The position numbers and the translations under genes are program-made. A DNA stretch of 64,000 nt, from positions 18,104,001 through 18,168,000 of the forward strand of contig JBHGNT010000008.1 in NCBI GenBank assembly GCA_043228905.1, in the 5' to 3' direction. Below are positions 37,252 through 48,650 of this stretch, in pieces; the stretch's first letter is position 1; each line of letters starts with the position of its first letter. Source of the DNA: Azolla caroliniana (lineage: Eukaryota; Plantae; Polypodiophyta). The notes beneath the pieces were generated by a model that did no database searches, was not told the DNA's origin, and worked only from the letters and a program-made list of their open reading frames with translations.

Positions 37252-38977
37252 GTGGATTCACCACCACAGCCCCCGTCGAGCCCTCCGGAGGTCAATCAAC
37301 CGGAACCAAACCCTTTTCCGGTGCTACCAGAAGAACCACAGTACGACATCATGCCTTACCCATACCCACAATATGCCGACGGACCTGACGCGGAGTCACA
37401 CGTCCGTGCCTTCATATCAACGTGGCAGGCTAACCACTCCACGCACCGCCTCACACCGGCCGAAATCGATGCATCGAAGATTGCCGAGTTCACACTCTCC
37501 CTCGAAGGACCGACCGCACGATGGTACTCTCGTCTCGAAATAGGAGAGGCCACCACTTTCCAAATCGTGCGCACAAAGTTCCTTGAACTTTTTCATCGCG
37601 AGGTGCCTAAACGGGAACTGCTACGGCAATTCTTCTCTATATGCCAGGAACCGCACGAGACGGTCGCCCAGTTCACGATCCGGTTCCAGGATCTCTACAG
37701 ACAAGTGGCCGATGATGTCGCGGCACAACATATACCAGACACTTTTCTATCCAGTTTACGAGAGCCTCTACGAACGACTCTCGCACTTACAAATTTCGCC
37801 AACCATACTATCGAACAAGTCATAGCGTGCGTTCTCGCCCTCGATCGGAACCAGCACGACACGGCCTTCTCGATGACATCCTTGCAAACCACTCTTCCCC
37901 AAGAGGACAATCGCTTTCGCCAAGCCCTCCAATGCACTGCGTGTTCAGGATCAGGGCACCTGGCCCTCGAATGTCCCCACCGACCACAGTGTCCGATCTG
38001 CCAGTCTCGAGCTCACACGGTGGAGCAGTGCGAATATAATATGCTGAACCGCACAACGGCAGCGCCGGTCCACTAGATCGAGCCACGCAAAACATACTCT
38101 CGGCAGGACAAGCGATACATCTACCGCGACCAGGATAAGGACCAACCGCGATCCCCAGATCGATGGCGCCGAAACGACGACTACCAACGTGATAATCGCC
38201 GTGATTATTATCGTGATGACCGACACGACGATTATGCTCGGTACGATGACGATCGCGATGATCGGTATGACCGAAGGAACTCACGCATGGATCGGCGAAA
38301 CGACAATCGTAACACACGCAACAACAGAAGACCTAATCACAACCGCCGACGGGATGCTCCTCAACAGGACCAGCGCAACTCCAACACACCTCGGAACAAC
38401 CCACCGCTAAACGAGACCGAGGATCCACAACAACAACTTTAACACACAGATCAGACAGACACCAGCAGCTCAGCCAATGTGACATGTTTTAAATGTAACC
38501 AACCAGGCCACTACGCCACGCAATGTCCGACAACCAATCGTGGCAAGGCACCCGCGGTAAACAGTATCATGGCTGATGTGCAAACGGTCACTACCCGGAG
38601 TAAAGCACAGCCTACTCAGTGGCAAATCCAAGATGAAGTACGACAGGCAGCAAAAGAATGAGTCAACACGGCCAATAAAAATAATGTCGCACGAGGAGCT
38701 CACCATCGGCAAACCAGTCCTTCTTTTCCAAACACGACTCGGGTCAATGCCGGGAAAATTAAGATTTCGGTGGACCGGTTCATTCTGGATTATCGACGAG
38801 TTCAACGGGACGTTCCTGCTCGGCACACTCGCCGACGACACGGTCAAAAGTTGGGCCAATGGGTTTTGGCTTAGACCATATCGCGGGACTACACCACCCA
38901 ACCCGTTTACCAAGCCACATGGCACCAACGAGACTCGGGAGATCACCACGGAGGACGCCACGGGTCCCCCTGAATAA
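37252..38977 (+). pseudogene. Gypsy F gag fused across a deletion (near 38690) to the integrase C-terminus
   Basis: SKIAEFTLSLEGP, three CCHC-type knuckles, VTTRSK, then the integrase tail. Confidence 0.85.
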
Positions 38978-39510
38978 GGACTCACCCACCCTCTGGAAAT
39001 TAATAAAAGTAGTAGTAGGTAGGATTAACCATAGTTTAAGCCACTGTTTAGCTACACCTACACCACCCACCTAGGCACCCCAATTTTAGGAGCACCCCTC
39101 GCCACCACTCAGTTAGTACCTATTTAAACTGTTCACACATGCAAACCACATGCAAGGCACACTAGAAGCACCCCACTCACCTTCAGGACACGTGGTGCTA
39201 GTCACTTATTATGGCACCCACGACTCAGAATCTTCAGGATTCGCTGCAGGTACAAAACCCTAGGAAGACGTTACCAAAACCGTTTCCAAAACGCAGCACA
39301 GACCATTATCGCTCTCCATCTCCATTGCTCTCAAGATCAGAAACCCCATCTTGCTCTCAACACACTAAGCGCTCTTGCTCTCAAGCCCTCTTCCGCTCTC
39401 ATAACCTCTCTGTTGGACTTCCACTTCTTGCTGCTCCTGTGGTAGCTCGCCCTCGCCTTATCACTTTGCTTCACGCTTCCACACAGTCGAACCTAGCTTC
39501 CATCTCCACT

Positions 39511-42500
39511 ATGCCTCTTACCGCCTCAGCAGAAACCCGCGCCTGGCTCCAGGAACGAGGAATGGGCGGTTATCTGAAGATCATTGATGCCCCCACGCAC
39601 CCAGATGCCCAAAATGTGGCGAAACGTATAAGTCCCGAAGCCATCACCAACAACGTGCTTCGGGCTGTGTTGGACCTGCAACGAGGAGGGGACCATGAGG
39701 TCGACATACCCCCGGCATCAAAGATGAAGGCGTACTTCGGGGAGTACTCAGCCACAGGGAAGGCATATCGCATGTATGGCGGGCCCAACAAAGCTTTCGG
39801 GGAGATTGCGCGTATCTTGATGGAGTATGCGTTTGTGCATACGAACCCAACGAGCATGCCGCAGAACAAGGCAGCCATCATCATCAGCGCTTATGAAGGA
39901 AACAGAATCGATTGGGGAATCATCACAGGTGAAGGACTCCGCGCCACCTTAGCTTCATTTCAGTCCGGTAAGAAGATGTTGTCTGTTCTTACCCACTTTT
40001 TGATGGTGTTATACCTACCCTCTTCGCTCCCTTCCCCTCGTGCACCCACGTCCCCACCACCACCACGAAGGCAGAGAGAGAAATTCGTGGCCATCAGCCA
40101 CGAAGCCTGGGAGGAGCCCACATTGCCTTCACCCCCTGCCGCCGACCAGACAACCGCATCGGCACCACCACCCGCCCAACCCCAACAAAAAGGGGTAGTT
40201 TCCGAGACCTGCCAAGAATGGGAGGGGGAGGTAGCCGCGGAAGACAACACAGTTGATGACGTCACCATTCGGCAGCCAACGTCGCGGCCTTCGGTAACGT
40301 CCCCAGGACCTAGCCCACGCCCCAACACACAGCAGGCTGCACCACCACGACCACAAAAAAGGAAGCAAGCGGAGGAAACAACACTACCGGCCCCGGAACC
40401 CCAACCACAGCCAGGCAAAAGAAGACGACTCAACCGCGAGTCCTCGGAAGAACGGAAGGAGCCACAACAGGAGCAAGCCTTAGTGGTCAGACAGAGCAAC
40501 TTGGCTATCACCCCTGCGGAGGCATCGCTGAACCAGGGAACGATCGAGCATGGGCAGACAACACAGATCTCAGAGGATGAAGTCCTCGGGTATAAGGACC
40601 TCCCCGCGAAGGCTTACGAATTTAGTGCGCTCCTCCGCCTTGGTACATCATTCGAACTGGTCGACTTCCTCGCTAGAGCCCAAGTCGCGGCAGCCACTCG
40701 GATGACGGAAGAGCACGCCGAAACAAAAATGGTTCAACGCGCGCTAATAGGTGAAATTGAGCCCCAGGAGGACAGGGCTTTACAAAAAATAGGGAGGAAG
40801 AAGCAGGCAAAACAGGCCGCTCTCCTCATGGAGGTCCCCGAGTTGAACACAGCCCTTATCGAGGCATATCGGGACCTAGATCGCACTACGCGGGCAGCCA
40901 AAGACATGGCCCGAAAGATAAAAGTAGCCCAAAAACAGGCTAAGATGGCTACAGAGCTATGGCACGCTACAAACCAGAAGTTGGCAGCCTGGGAGCAAAA
41001 CCGGCTGGAACAACAAGTCCCGAGCCTTCCAGTAACGACTACCGAGGGCCTTCCAGCGCCCCCACGCATAACGATGATGGATGGAAGCACCATCACCGAC
41101 TCCATCCTGAAGGTGCAGGCCAGTACACAAACGGACTCGTTACAAATGGTCGATGCCTGCACAACAACCGAGGCGGCCACGGCCGTGGAGCAACCCAAAC
41201 TAACCGCACCAACCAAGGAGGTGGCAACCCAGACAGAACCCCCGCTCCGGGATTACCGTGCGGAGCTTAAAGAAGAACAACGGCGAACCGAGAGACACGA
41301 GCAACGACATCAAGAGGCGATGGCTCGCCTAAAAGAAGAAGCTTCCAAGCAGATGGCCCAGATAAGAGCCCAGGCCAACCAAAGGATACACGAGCAACAC
41401 GAAGCATTGGGCCGGGTACAAGCGCAAGCCGCGGCCAAGGAAACCGAACTCAAAAGCAAGCTGGAGGAATACACAGCCACAGTAGTGAAGAAAGAGACGG
41501 AGGTTCTAGACCTACAGGCCGCGCTCGACAATGCCCACGACTAGAACCAGCGGTAGGAGGAAAGAAATTGCGAATGGGAGGAGAGGATGAACGCAGAGAA
41601 TGCCAAGCTGCAGAGTCAGCGTACGACCCTTAAAGAGATGGTTGACGAGTTTTTCATCAAGTGCAAGCTACTTTCCGAGCAAAAAGAGGCCTTATCATAT
41701 TCCTACTTCACCCTACAAGAAGAGAGAATCGTCGAACGGGAACAAATCCGGGCCACGTGTCAGAAAGAACGGGAGCAGGCCACCGAAGAACTCACGAAGC
41801 GTTACGAACAGGCTCTCCAGCTCGTAACCGCGGATGCAAAGAACAGTTAGACCATCTATGAGCTAAAGACACAGAAGATTCAGGCCGAGGTCGATGGTTT
41901 AAAACAAGAATTAGCAGCCATCCGAGCACAGTCCGGCATGGATGAGACACGCATCCGCATACTGCTCGAGAAACAGCGCCAACACCTCACCAAAAAGGTC
42001 GAGGAAACATTAAGTCGCGCAGGAGACGAATGGGCAGCCCAAGCTGCCGAATTGCATATTTTACGCGCCGACGCCGAGAACCGACGGAAGGAGGGCCGCG
42101 GCTTCTACAAAATGGACGAAGCCAGCATTCAAAATCTGCGTGCAGATTTAACCGAGGATTACCAGTCCTTGGCAAAATCTCACACCGCGGCAATCGAGCA
42201 AATAATGGAGGACTTCAATGACAGTCAGATGCTGTTTCGCCTGGAAGCAGAAGCCTTCAAACGAGAATGACTCGCGGCCATCCCCACCAGCCCTCCAACG
42301 GCCACAGAGCAGAAAGAAGAACCTCCCAGCAAGGAGATCACGGACACGGCACAGGAGGAACTTGCCCCGACCAACGGGCATCCCATGGACGTCCACACGG
42401 TACCAGAGCCTGTCGAAGGAGAGGCCAGCGCCCACGAACCCACACCCCCACCAGAAGAATCGGCCGCACCCGAGGCGGACGCCCGAGAAGATATGCCACC

Positions 42501-42600
42501 CTCGGACCAAACTCAACCCCCCGCACCAACAGTCCAACCAGACCACCCTGCCGCCACCCCGGACCCCGAAAGCATCCTCAACATCTTAAAGGAGGAATGA
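39511..42600 (+). pseudogene. Extra sense ORF of Gypsy F (about 1030 codons, a few in-frame stops)
   Basis: ORFs 39211, 41587, 41938 and 42385 are in one frame; homologous to the E extra ORF. Confidence 0.8.
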
Positions 42601-42650
42601 AACGAGGATCATGCCTAAAAGGCCATTTTTGTAATATTGTTAGTATTTTG

Positions 42651-42696
42651 AAGGTCGTGGGTCCGACGGACAAGGTCCTATCCCACGGGCGTGCCA
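42651..42696 (+). other. tRNA-like 3'-half motif in place of the PPT (Gypsy F)
   Basis: AAGGTCGTGGGTCCGAC-GGACAAGGTCC-TATCCCAC-GGGCGTG-CCA, 2 nt before the LTR. Confidence 0.78.
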
Positions 42697-42698
42697 GG

Positions 42699-43153
42699 TG
42701 TTGTCCAGAGGATAGAAATGTAAAATTAGGAAACTAGCAGACGCCGAGTCCGAGTATCACGGGCCACCAAGGGCTCGGCTGTGTGTAAGGGGAAAAAGTT
42801 ATTTAAACGAGGAATAGTACCTCAGAAAGGGAGAGAAGAAAATTATAGGCGGAAGCACTAGCTTAGTCATTCGAATTAGATAAACTTGTAAGGTCACCGG
42901 CCATAGGCCGTGTTCTGTAATCCTTTCTGCCATAGTAATACATCTTATTTGTGCCTATTTTGGTTGCATGATTTTGTGTTTCGATCTATGCCTATGAGTT
43001 TCACGTCGCCACGTCTATCAAAACCTCACTAGTGTTTTCTCTCTGAACCCTGTATCTCTCTCGACGCCTCTGTACGAGCCTTCACGTACCACGCCCTTGA
43101 AGACCGATAGTCGCAGATCTATCGAAGGTGTTCGCCCAAAGGAATGGGTAACA
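42699..43153 (+). repeat. 3' LTR of Gypsy F
   Basis: Direct repeat of 36573-37027. Confidence 0.95.
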
Positions 43154-46100
43154 GGTTCAACGCCAGTCTTAAACCTTCTAGCTACTATTGTATACTCTAT
43201 TCTCAAAATATATATCTTTTATCATCATTCTCTCACCCTTTCTCTCTCTCTATCTCTCTCTCTCGCTCACTCTTTCATTCTCTCGAGAGTTCTACACCTC
43301 TCTTAGTACTAATCCCTTCTCTGTCTTAGTACTGATCCTGACAGTTTGAACCGATTCTATTGTCCTCCTTCCATCTGCTCCTTTCCTCCTCTTCCTTTTA
43401 TCTTCTTACATATCCCTTTTTTCCGGTCTTCTTTTCAGTTTCCCTCATCTTCTTACCCCTTTCTTCCCTTCATACTAATCCTCTTATCCTCCCTAGTAAA
43501 ATGGAAACTGTTAGCACTCAGGTTTGACAATAGAAGCGACAACATCAAGAAGGGATTCCAGTGAACCCCCCTTCGTAATTCAGCCAATCGCAAATCTAGT
43601 CGTCGATGTAGCCGTGCCGACAGCAGTGCAACAGAAGGTACAGGCTGAAATAACTCTTCTGTGTCAAGTGTCGGTGGTGGTGCATGTCATCGGTGGCCGT
43701 CCTAGTCGTGGGGAGATGCATCACTTGCTACAGGCGCGATTTCAAGAAGAGCTATCTAGGGTTGTGGATATTCAAGTTTTAGGGAAAGGATGCTATCATG
43801 TCGAGTTTCTAGTTGCGGAGATTGTTATGAAGCTACTTCAAATGGGATCTACAAGGATTAATGGAATTCGGATGCATTTCTTGCAATGGGAGCCTGGGTT
43901 TGACCTAAATGGGGTTAGTGAACATCTATCTAATTACTTTGTTTTTTCTGTCATGTTTCCGGGTTTACCAAAAGAATGGAGACTAGTGATGCCACATATG
44001 GCCTCATCGATTGGTCAATTAATTGATGAAGAATCTAATGTAATGTGATATATGGCTGGGAATCTCAACCTTCCATATATAAGATTAATTGGACATAAAG
44101 GCATGTCATTACCCACATATGTTAGGTTGCCCGCTATGTTTCAGGCCCAACTGAGCGTCCAAAGAGTTAAATATTCTGGACTTCCTAATCAATGTTTTAA
44201 TTGTAATTGTATTGGCCATGTGGTTAAAGACTGTCCTGTTTGAGATGATAAAATTAGACAAAAGCATTTTGTTAGTAACACAAATGGTGAAAGTTGGACG
44301 GAAGGCAGGAGGAAGTATGGTAGGAAATCCTCGAAGAGGACATATTATGATGTTGGGGTAACTTCTAAAAAGACACCAAATGCAAGTCATGATAGTCCAC
44401 AAGTTAATCAATCAGATTTACAAATAATCCATTTTAATAATAATGATGTACAAAGTGGTAGAGAGGAGGATTATTATATTGTAATTGACAATGATATTGT
44501 AAGTTCAATAAAGGAGAAGCCCTTGAAGGGAGGGAATGATCACAAACAGATGATAACTTTCGAACCATCCTCATTACAAGGTGAGGCTAATATGGAGTTA
44601 GCGATGACCCAGGTAGAAAAGACTGAAGGGATCACATCTGTGATATCATTGGAGGAGGGTTTTACGAACGGTCCACACTACTCTAGAAGGTTAACTAGGG
44701 CTAAAACAAAGGCCTTAACAAACCATGGTAAGAATGCACAAGGATTCATGCTTGAAAAATCGGCTGTGCAATCATATACTATGGTTATGAATGGAGGTGT
44801 GATGGTGGATGGAAAGAGCACACTCTCTTCCTCACTAAAGAAGGATTCCTATGCAGAAGTTGTGGCTAGGAAACCTTGGAAAGGATTTAAAATAGCCGGA
44901 CAAATTACTAAGCCTAAGAGAGCAACAGTGGAGGAGAAGAGGATGAAAGGTAAACAACTTTTGTTAGCCTATGAATAATTTTCGCATTGTATCATGGAAT
45001 GTTCAAGGATTGGGTGGTGCACAAGCACAAAAATTTGAGGCTAGACTAAGACAAAATTTACATAAAAGCTTCATGAGGTCTGTAGATATAGTTTTTCTAC
45101 AAGAACATCATTTGAGTTCCACAAGGATTGATTCTTATGGGTCCTTGTTTACTGGTTCATGGGCCCATTTTTGGAGTCCCGCAATTGGCGAATCCCACAA
45201 TAAAGCTGGTGTTTGTATAGCATTAGCCCAAAAATGGTATTCTCGTGTGATTGACTATAAGATTTTAGTGGAAGGAAGAGTGCAATTTATTATTTTAGAA
45301 ATCCAAAATCTACAATTGGGTTTTATAAATGTATATGCTCACAGTGTAGCAGCAAATAGGAGGAGGTTGTGGTCTTATATGTGTGATACTTTACCCCAGG
45401 TGGATCATTGGTGTATGGCTGGAGATTTTAATATGATTGAGGATAAGTTAGATAGAAGTGGGCGTAGCCAAGCTGTTTTATATGGTTCAAAATTGAGCTT
45501 TTGGGAGAGGTTGTGCTTTAAGTATGGTTTTCAAGATACTTGGTGCTCTCCCTCTTTTAGCAAACATGTTGAATCTTTGCAATTCTCTAGATCAGATAGA
45601 CAGTTATTAGGTGCTAATATATCTCGATTAGACAGATTCTATGCTAATGACTTCTTTATAGCATTAGGAGGATCATTACATATATTAGCTAGGACAACTT
45701 TCTCAGATCACTCACCTCTTACTGTTACTTTGAAAAAAGTGGAAAAAAGGAAGTCCTTTAGGACACCTATACCCTCTTCCTTGTATGTGGATGTTACCCT
45801 TAGAGGAGAAGTTTTAGGAATTTGGAAGGATACAGATGTATCGCAATTGATGGTGTGTGATAGAGTTGCAAATGCAATTGTTAAAGTTAGTAATTGGTTT
45901 GGTACTAAAGCAAAGGAGGAAAGGTGTTAACTCAAAACTAAGATCTTGAGTATGAAACGAGTGGTTACTTCTTTGCAACACTTTCAGTAACGGATGCCAT
46001 GGGCTACATGGGTGATGTTAGAATTAAAAATAATGCAAAGGTTAAGCTCGATAAATTACAAGATAATTGGGCTCAATACACTTATAATGCATTTGCTGCA

Positions 46101-47046
46101 AAGTGGGCACAAGTGGGGGATAAAGTGTCTGCTGATTTTTTCAAATTTGTAACTCCAAAAAAAACTTGTAATGGGATGAAACAACTACAGAGGGATGATG
46201 GATCCATTACTGAGGATGCCAGAGAAATGAGGGATATTGCTACGAAATTTTATAGTAATCTATTGACTGTTGAATGTTTTACACTGGATCAATTGGAGAG
46301 ACAGAGAGTTGTGTGGCAGTCCATGCATGCACGGGTTTCACTCAATATGATAAATGTTTTGGTTAAATCAATTTCGGTTTTTGAAGTAAGGGTTGCTTTG
46401 GATGCAATTGGCTCCCATGTATGCCCTAGTACCGATGGACTCTCATCAGATTTTTTCTGGAATTATTGGGAGTTTATTGGGACTGATATTACTGTTGCAT
46501 TTCAGGAGGTATTTGACACTGGATTTATGCCTAGTAAGTGGACCGAAGGCATGATTTATCTTATTCCTAAGCTGGAAGGGGTAGTGGTGGATATTAGGAA
46601 GTGGCGACCAATAACTATATTGAATACTATTTACAAAATATATGCTAAGTTATTGGCTATGAGATTGCAACCTTTTTTATCGGACATCATTCATAACACC
46701 CAAACAGGATTTTTACAAGATAGGAGTATATTGGATAACATTTTTTTATTTTGGGAAGCAGTTGCAATTTCACAAGAAAGGAAAGACGATTTAGCCATCT
46801 TATTGTTGGATTTCGAAAAGGCCTATGACAGAGTAGATTGGTCTTTTCTGAGGGGTACCATGGAAAAGTTGGGTTTTCCTAATCAATGGTTAACGGATGT
46901 CTCAGCTCTTTATAACTCAGCTACTAGTAGGGTATTAGTAGATGGAGAGTTAGGCCAAGCATTCGTAAATTCAAGGTTAGTGAGACAGGGATGTCCGCTG
47001 CCTCCTTTTTTATATTTGATGATTGAAGAAGCGTTTAGTAGTTTTC

Positions 47047-47788
47047 TGTTGGAAGACAGGTCCCTCCGGATGGGAAGGGAGAAGAACAGTGCCGATGAAC
47101 GAACTCCGAAACCGTATGAGGAGTACCCGGCTACGGAGAGGCGGAATGATACAGACCCGGTGAAGACTGGATGAGGAGTACCCGGCTACGGAGAGCCGGA
47201 TGATACAGACCCGGTGAAGACCGGATGAGGAGTACCCGGCTACGGAGAGCCGAATGTTACAGACCCGGTGAAGACCGGATGAGGAGTACCCGACTACGGA
47301 GAGCCGGATGGTGCAGACCCGGTATGAACCGGATGAAGAGACATATTCGTAAATATGTTTCTGAGAGCCCATCGAGGCTATATTTGTAAATAGCCGAAAA
47401 GTCATATTATTATAAATATGACTTAGGGCAAACTTTTAGTTGGTTGTTGTCATTTTTTCCTTGTTGGTGCAAGAAGAAGAGAGAGTGCGTAACTGTACAG
47501 AGAGAGAGAGAGACGAGGTCGTTGCCTCTGTTGTAACCGCCGCCTGTGTCGAAGATCGTGAGCATGAGGTCGTTGCCTCCGTGAACTCACTGTTTTGTAC
47601 ATTCTTACATAGTGATAGTTTGCAGCCCGTGGGCTGCCGTGGTTTTTCCCCTAGTTTGGGGTTTTCCACGTAAACCTCCTGTGTATCTTTCTCCTCTTTG
47701 TGTCGTGTTCTATTTCCCGTTTTCTGTGTATGAAAAGAATCTCGGTTGTGGCCGAGTGTTGGACATAAGGAGCCTTGAGTTCCCGTCA
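47047..47788 (+). mobile_element. Solo LTR (742 bp) inserted in the LINE 1 RT
   Basis: TG…CA ends with 5-bp TSD TTTTC (47042-47046/47789-47793); removal rejoins …FSSF-LTGN…. Confidence 0.9.
47112..47337 (+). repeat. About four copies of a 54-bp tandem repeat inside the solo LTR
   Basis: GGATGAGGAGTACCCGGCTACGGAGAGCCGGATGATACAGACCCGGTGAAGACC. Confidence 0.9.
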
Positions 47789-48650
47789 TTTTCTTACAGG
47801 TAATACTGTGAATATAAAAGGGCTACAATGGCCATGGTTAGACGAGCAAGTTGTGGATTGTCAATTTGCTGATGATACAACCTTGTATTTGCAAGGTTCT
47901 AGCGACAATCTTTCTAGAGTACAACATGCTATCGATACATTTTGCTATGCTTCGGGAACTATTCTTAATTGGAAAAAATCGGTGGGGTTCTGGGTAGGTA
48001 ACACAGTAAAACCTTTGTGGTGCCCACAAGAAGGGTTTCAATGGATTCCACATGGGAAACCTATAAGATACTTGGGGTGCCAGGTAGGTATTAATATTTC
48101 GCTGGAAGATCATGTAGCTCCTTTGTTGCTTGCTATAAGGAAGAAATTGTTATATTGGAATACTGCTAAATTGTCATTGGCAGGAAGGGTTGTCATCGCC
48201 AATCAAGTATTGTTGGCGTCCATGTGGTACATTTTATCGGCTTGGTTGTGCTCACATTTTGCTTTATCGCAAGTACAAAGGCTTATTAGGAATTTTCTTT
48301 GGGGATCTAAAGATTGTTCTTATGTGAGAGCCAAGGTATCTTGGAAAGTTATTACAACTCCAAAGGACGAAGGTGATCTTGGTTTGATTGACCCTCTTTT
48401 ACAATGTAAGGCTTTAGTGGGGAAATTTATTATAAGAGGTTTGTTGCCTGGTGGGGAGCCTTGGAAAAAAATCTTAAGGCAAAGAATGGTTAAAGTTGTG
48501 CCTTCTACCAGTGACAATTGGAAAGATAGTATTAGATGGTGGTTTTTAAGAGATTTTAACCAGTCCATTGATATTTTTCGCCAAGATAAGTTTTTGCGGG
48601 GTATCATGAAGGCATGGAGATGCATGCAACCCATGGTAAAACTTATGTGA

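Larger units (their letters stand above)
36573..43153 (+). mobile_element. Non-autonomous Ty3/Gypsy element F (6581 bp; pol deleted, extra ORF kept), related to E
   Basis: 455-bp LTRs 36573-37027 and 42699-43153, TSD GGTTA/GGTTC, gag homologous to E, only the integrase C-terminal tail left (GKPVLLFQTRLG…RWTG). Confidence 0.93.
43300..48650 (+). mobile_element. L1-type LINE 1 (ORF1 about 43524-44978, ORF2 44971-48650), decayed and 3'-truncated; boundaries approximate
   Basis: ORF1 CFNCNCIGHVVKDC; ORF2 SWNVQG, GDFN, SRLDRFY, SDH (APE), WRPITILN, LDFEKAYD, RQGCPL, FADD (RT). Confidence 0.92.

Noticed and set aside
39211-39510. Upstream 100 codons of the 777-aa ORF
   Set aside because: Homology with element E begins at Met 39511; the upstream part looks like a pyrimidine-rich leader.
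36421-43223. Possible older solo LTR hosting Gypsy F (TGTAATA…TTATCA with a TATA box)
   Set aside because: No TSD or second copy found; left uncalled.
47010-47174. Apparent novel C-terminus on the LINE RT ORF
   Set aside because: Read-through into the inserted solo LTR.
47112-47337. Regular repeats resembling a CRISPR array
   Set aside because: Contiguous 54-bp units with no unique spacers, inside a eukaryotic solo LTR, and no cas genes.
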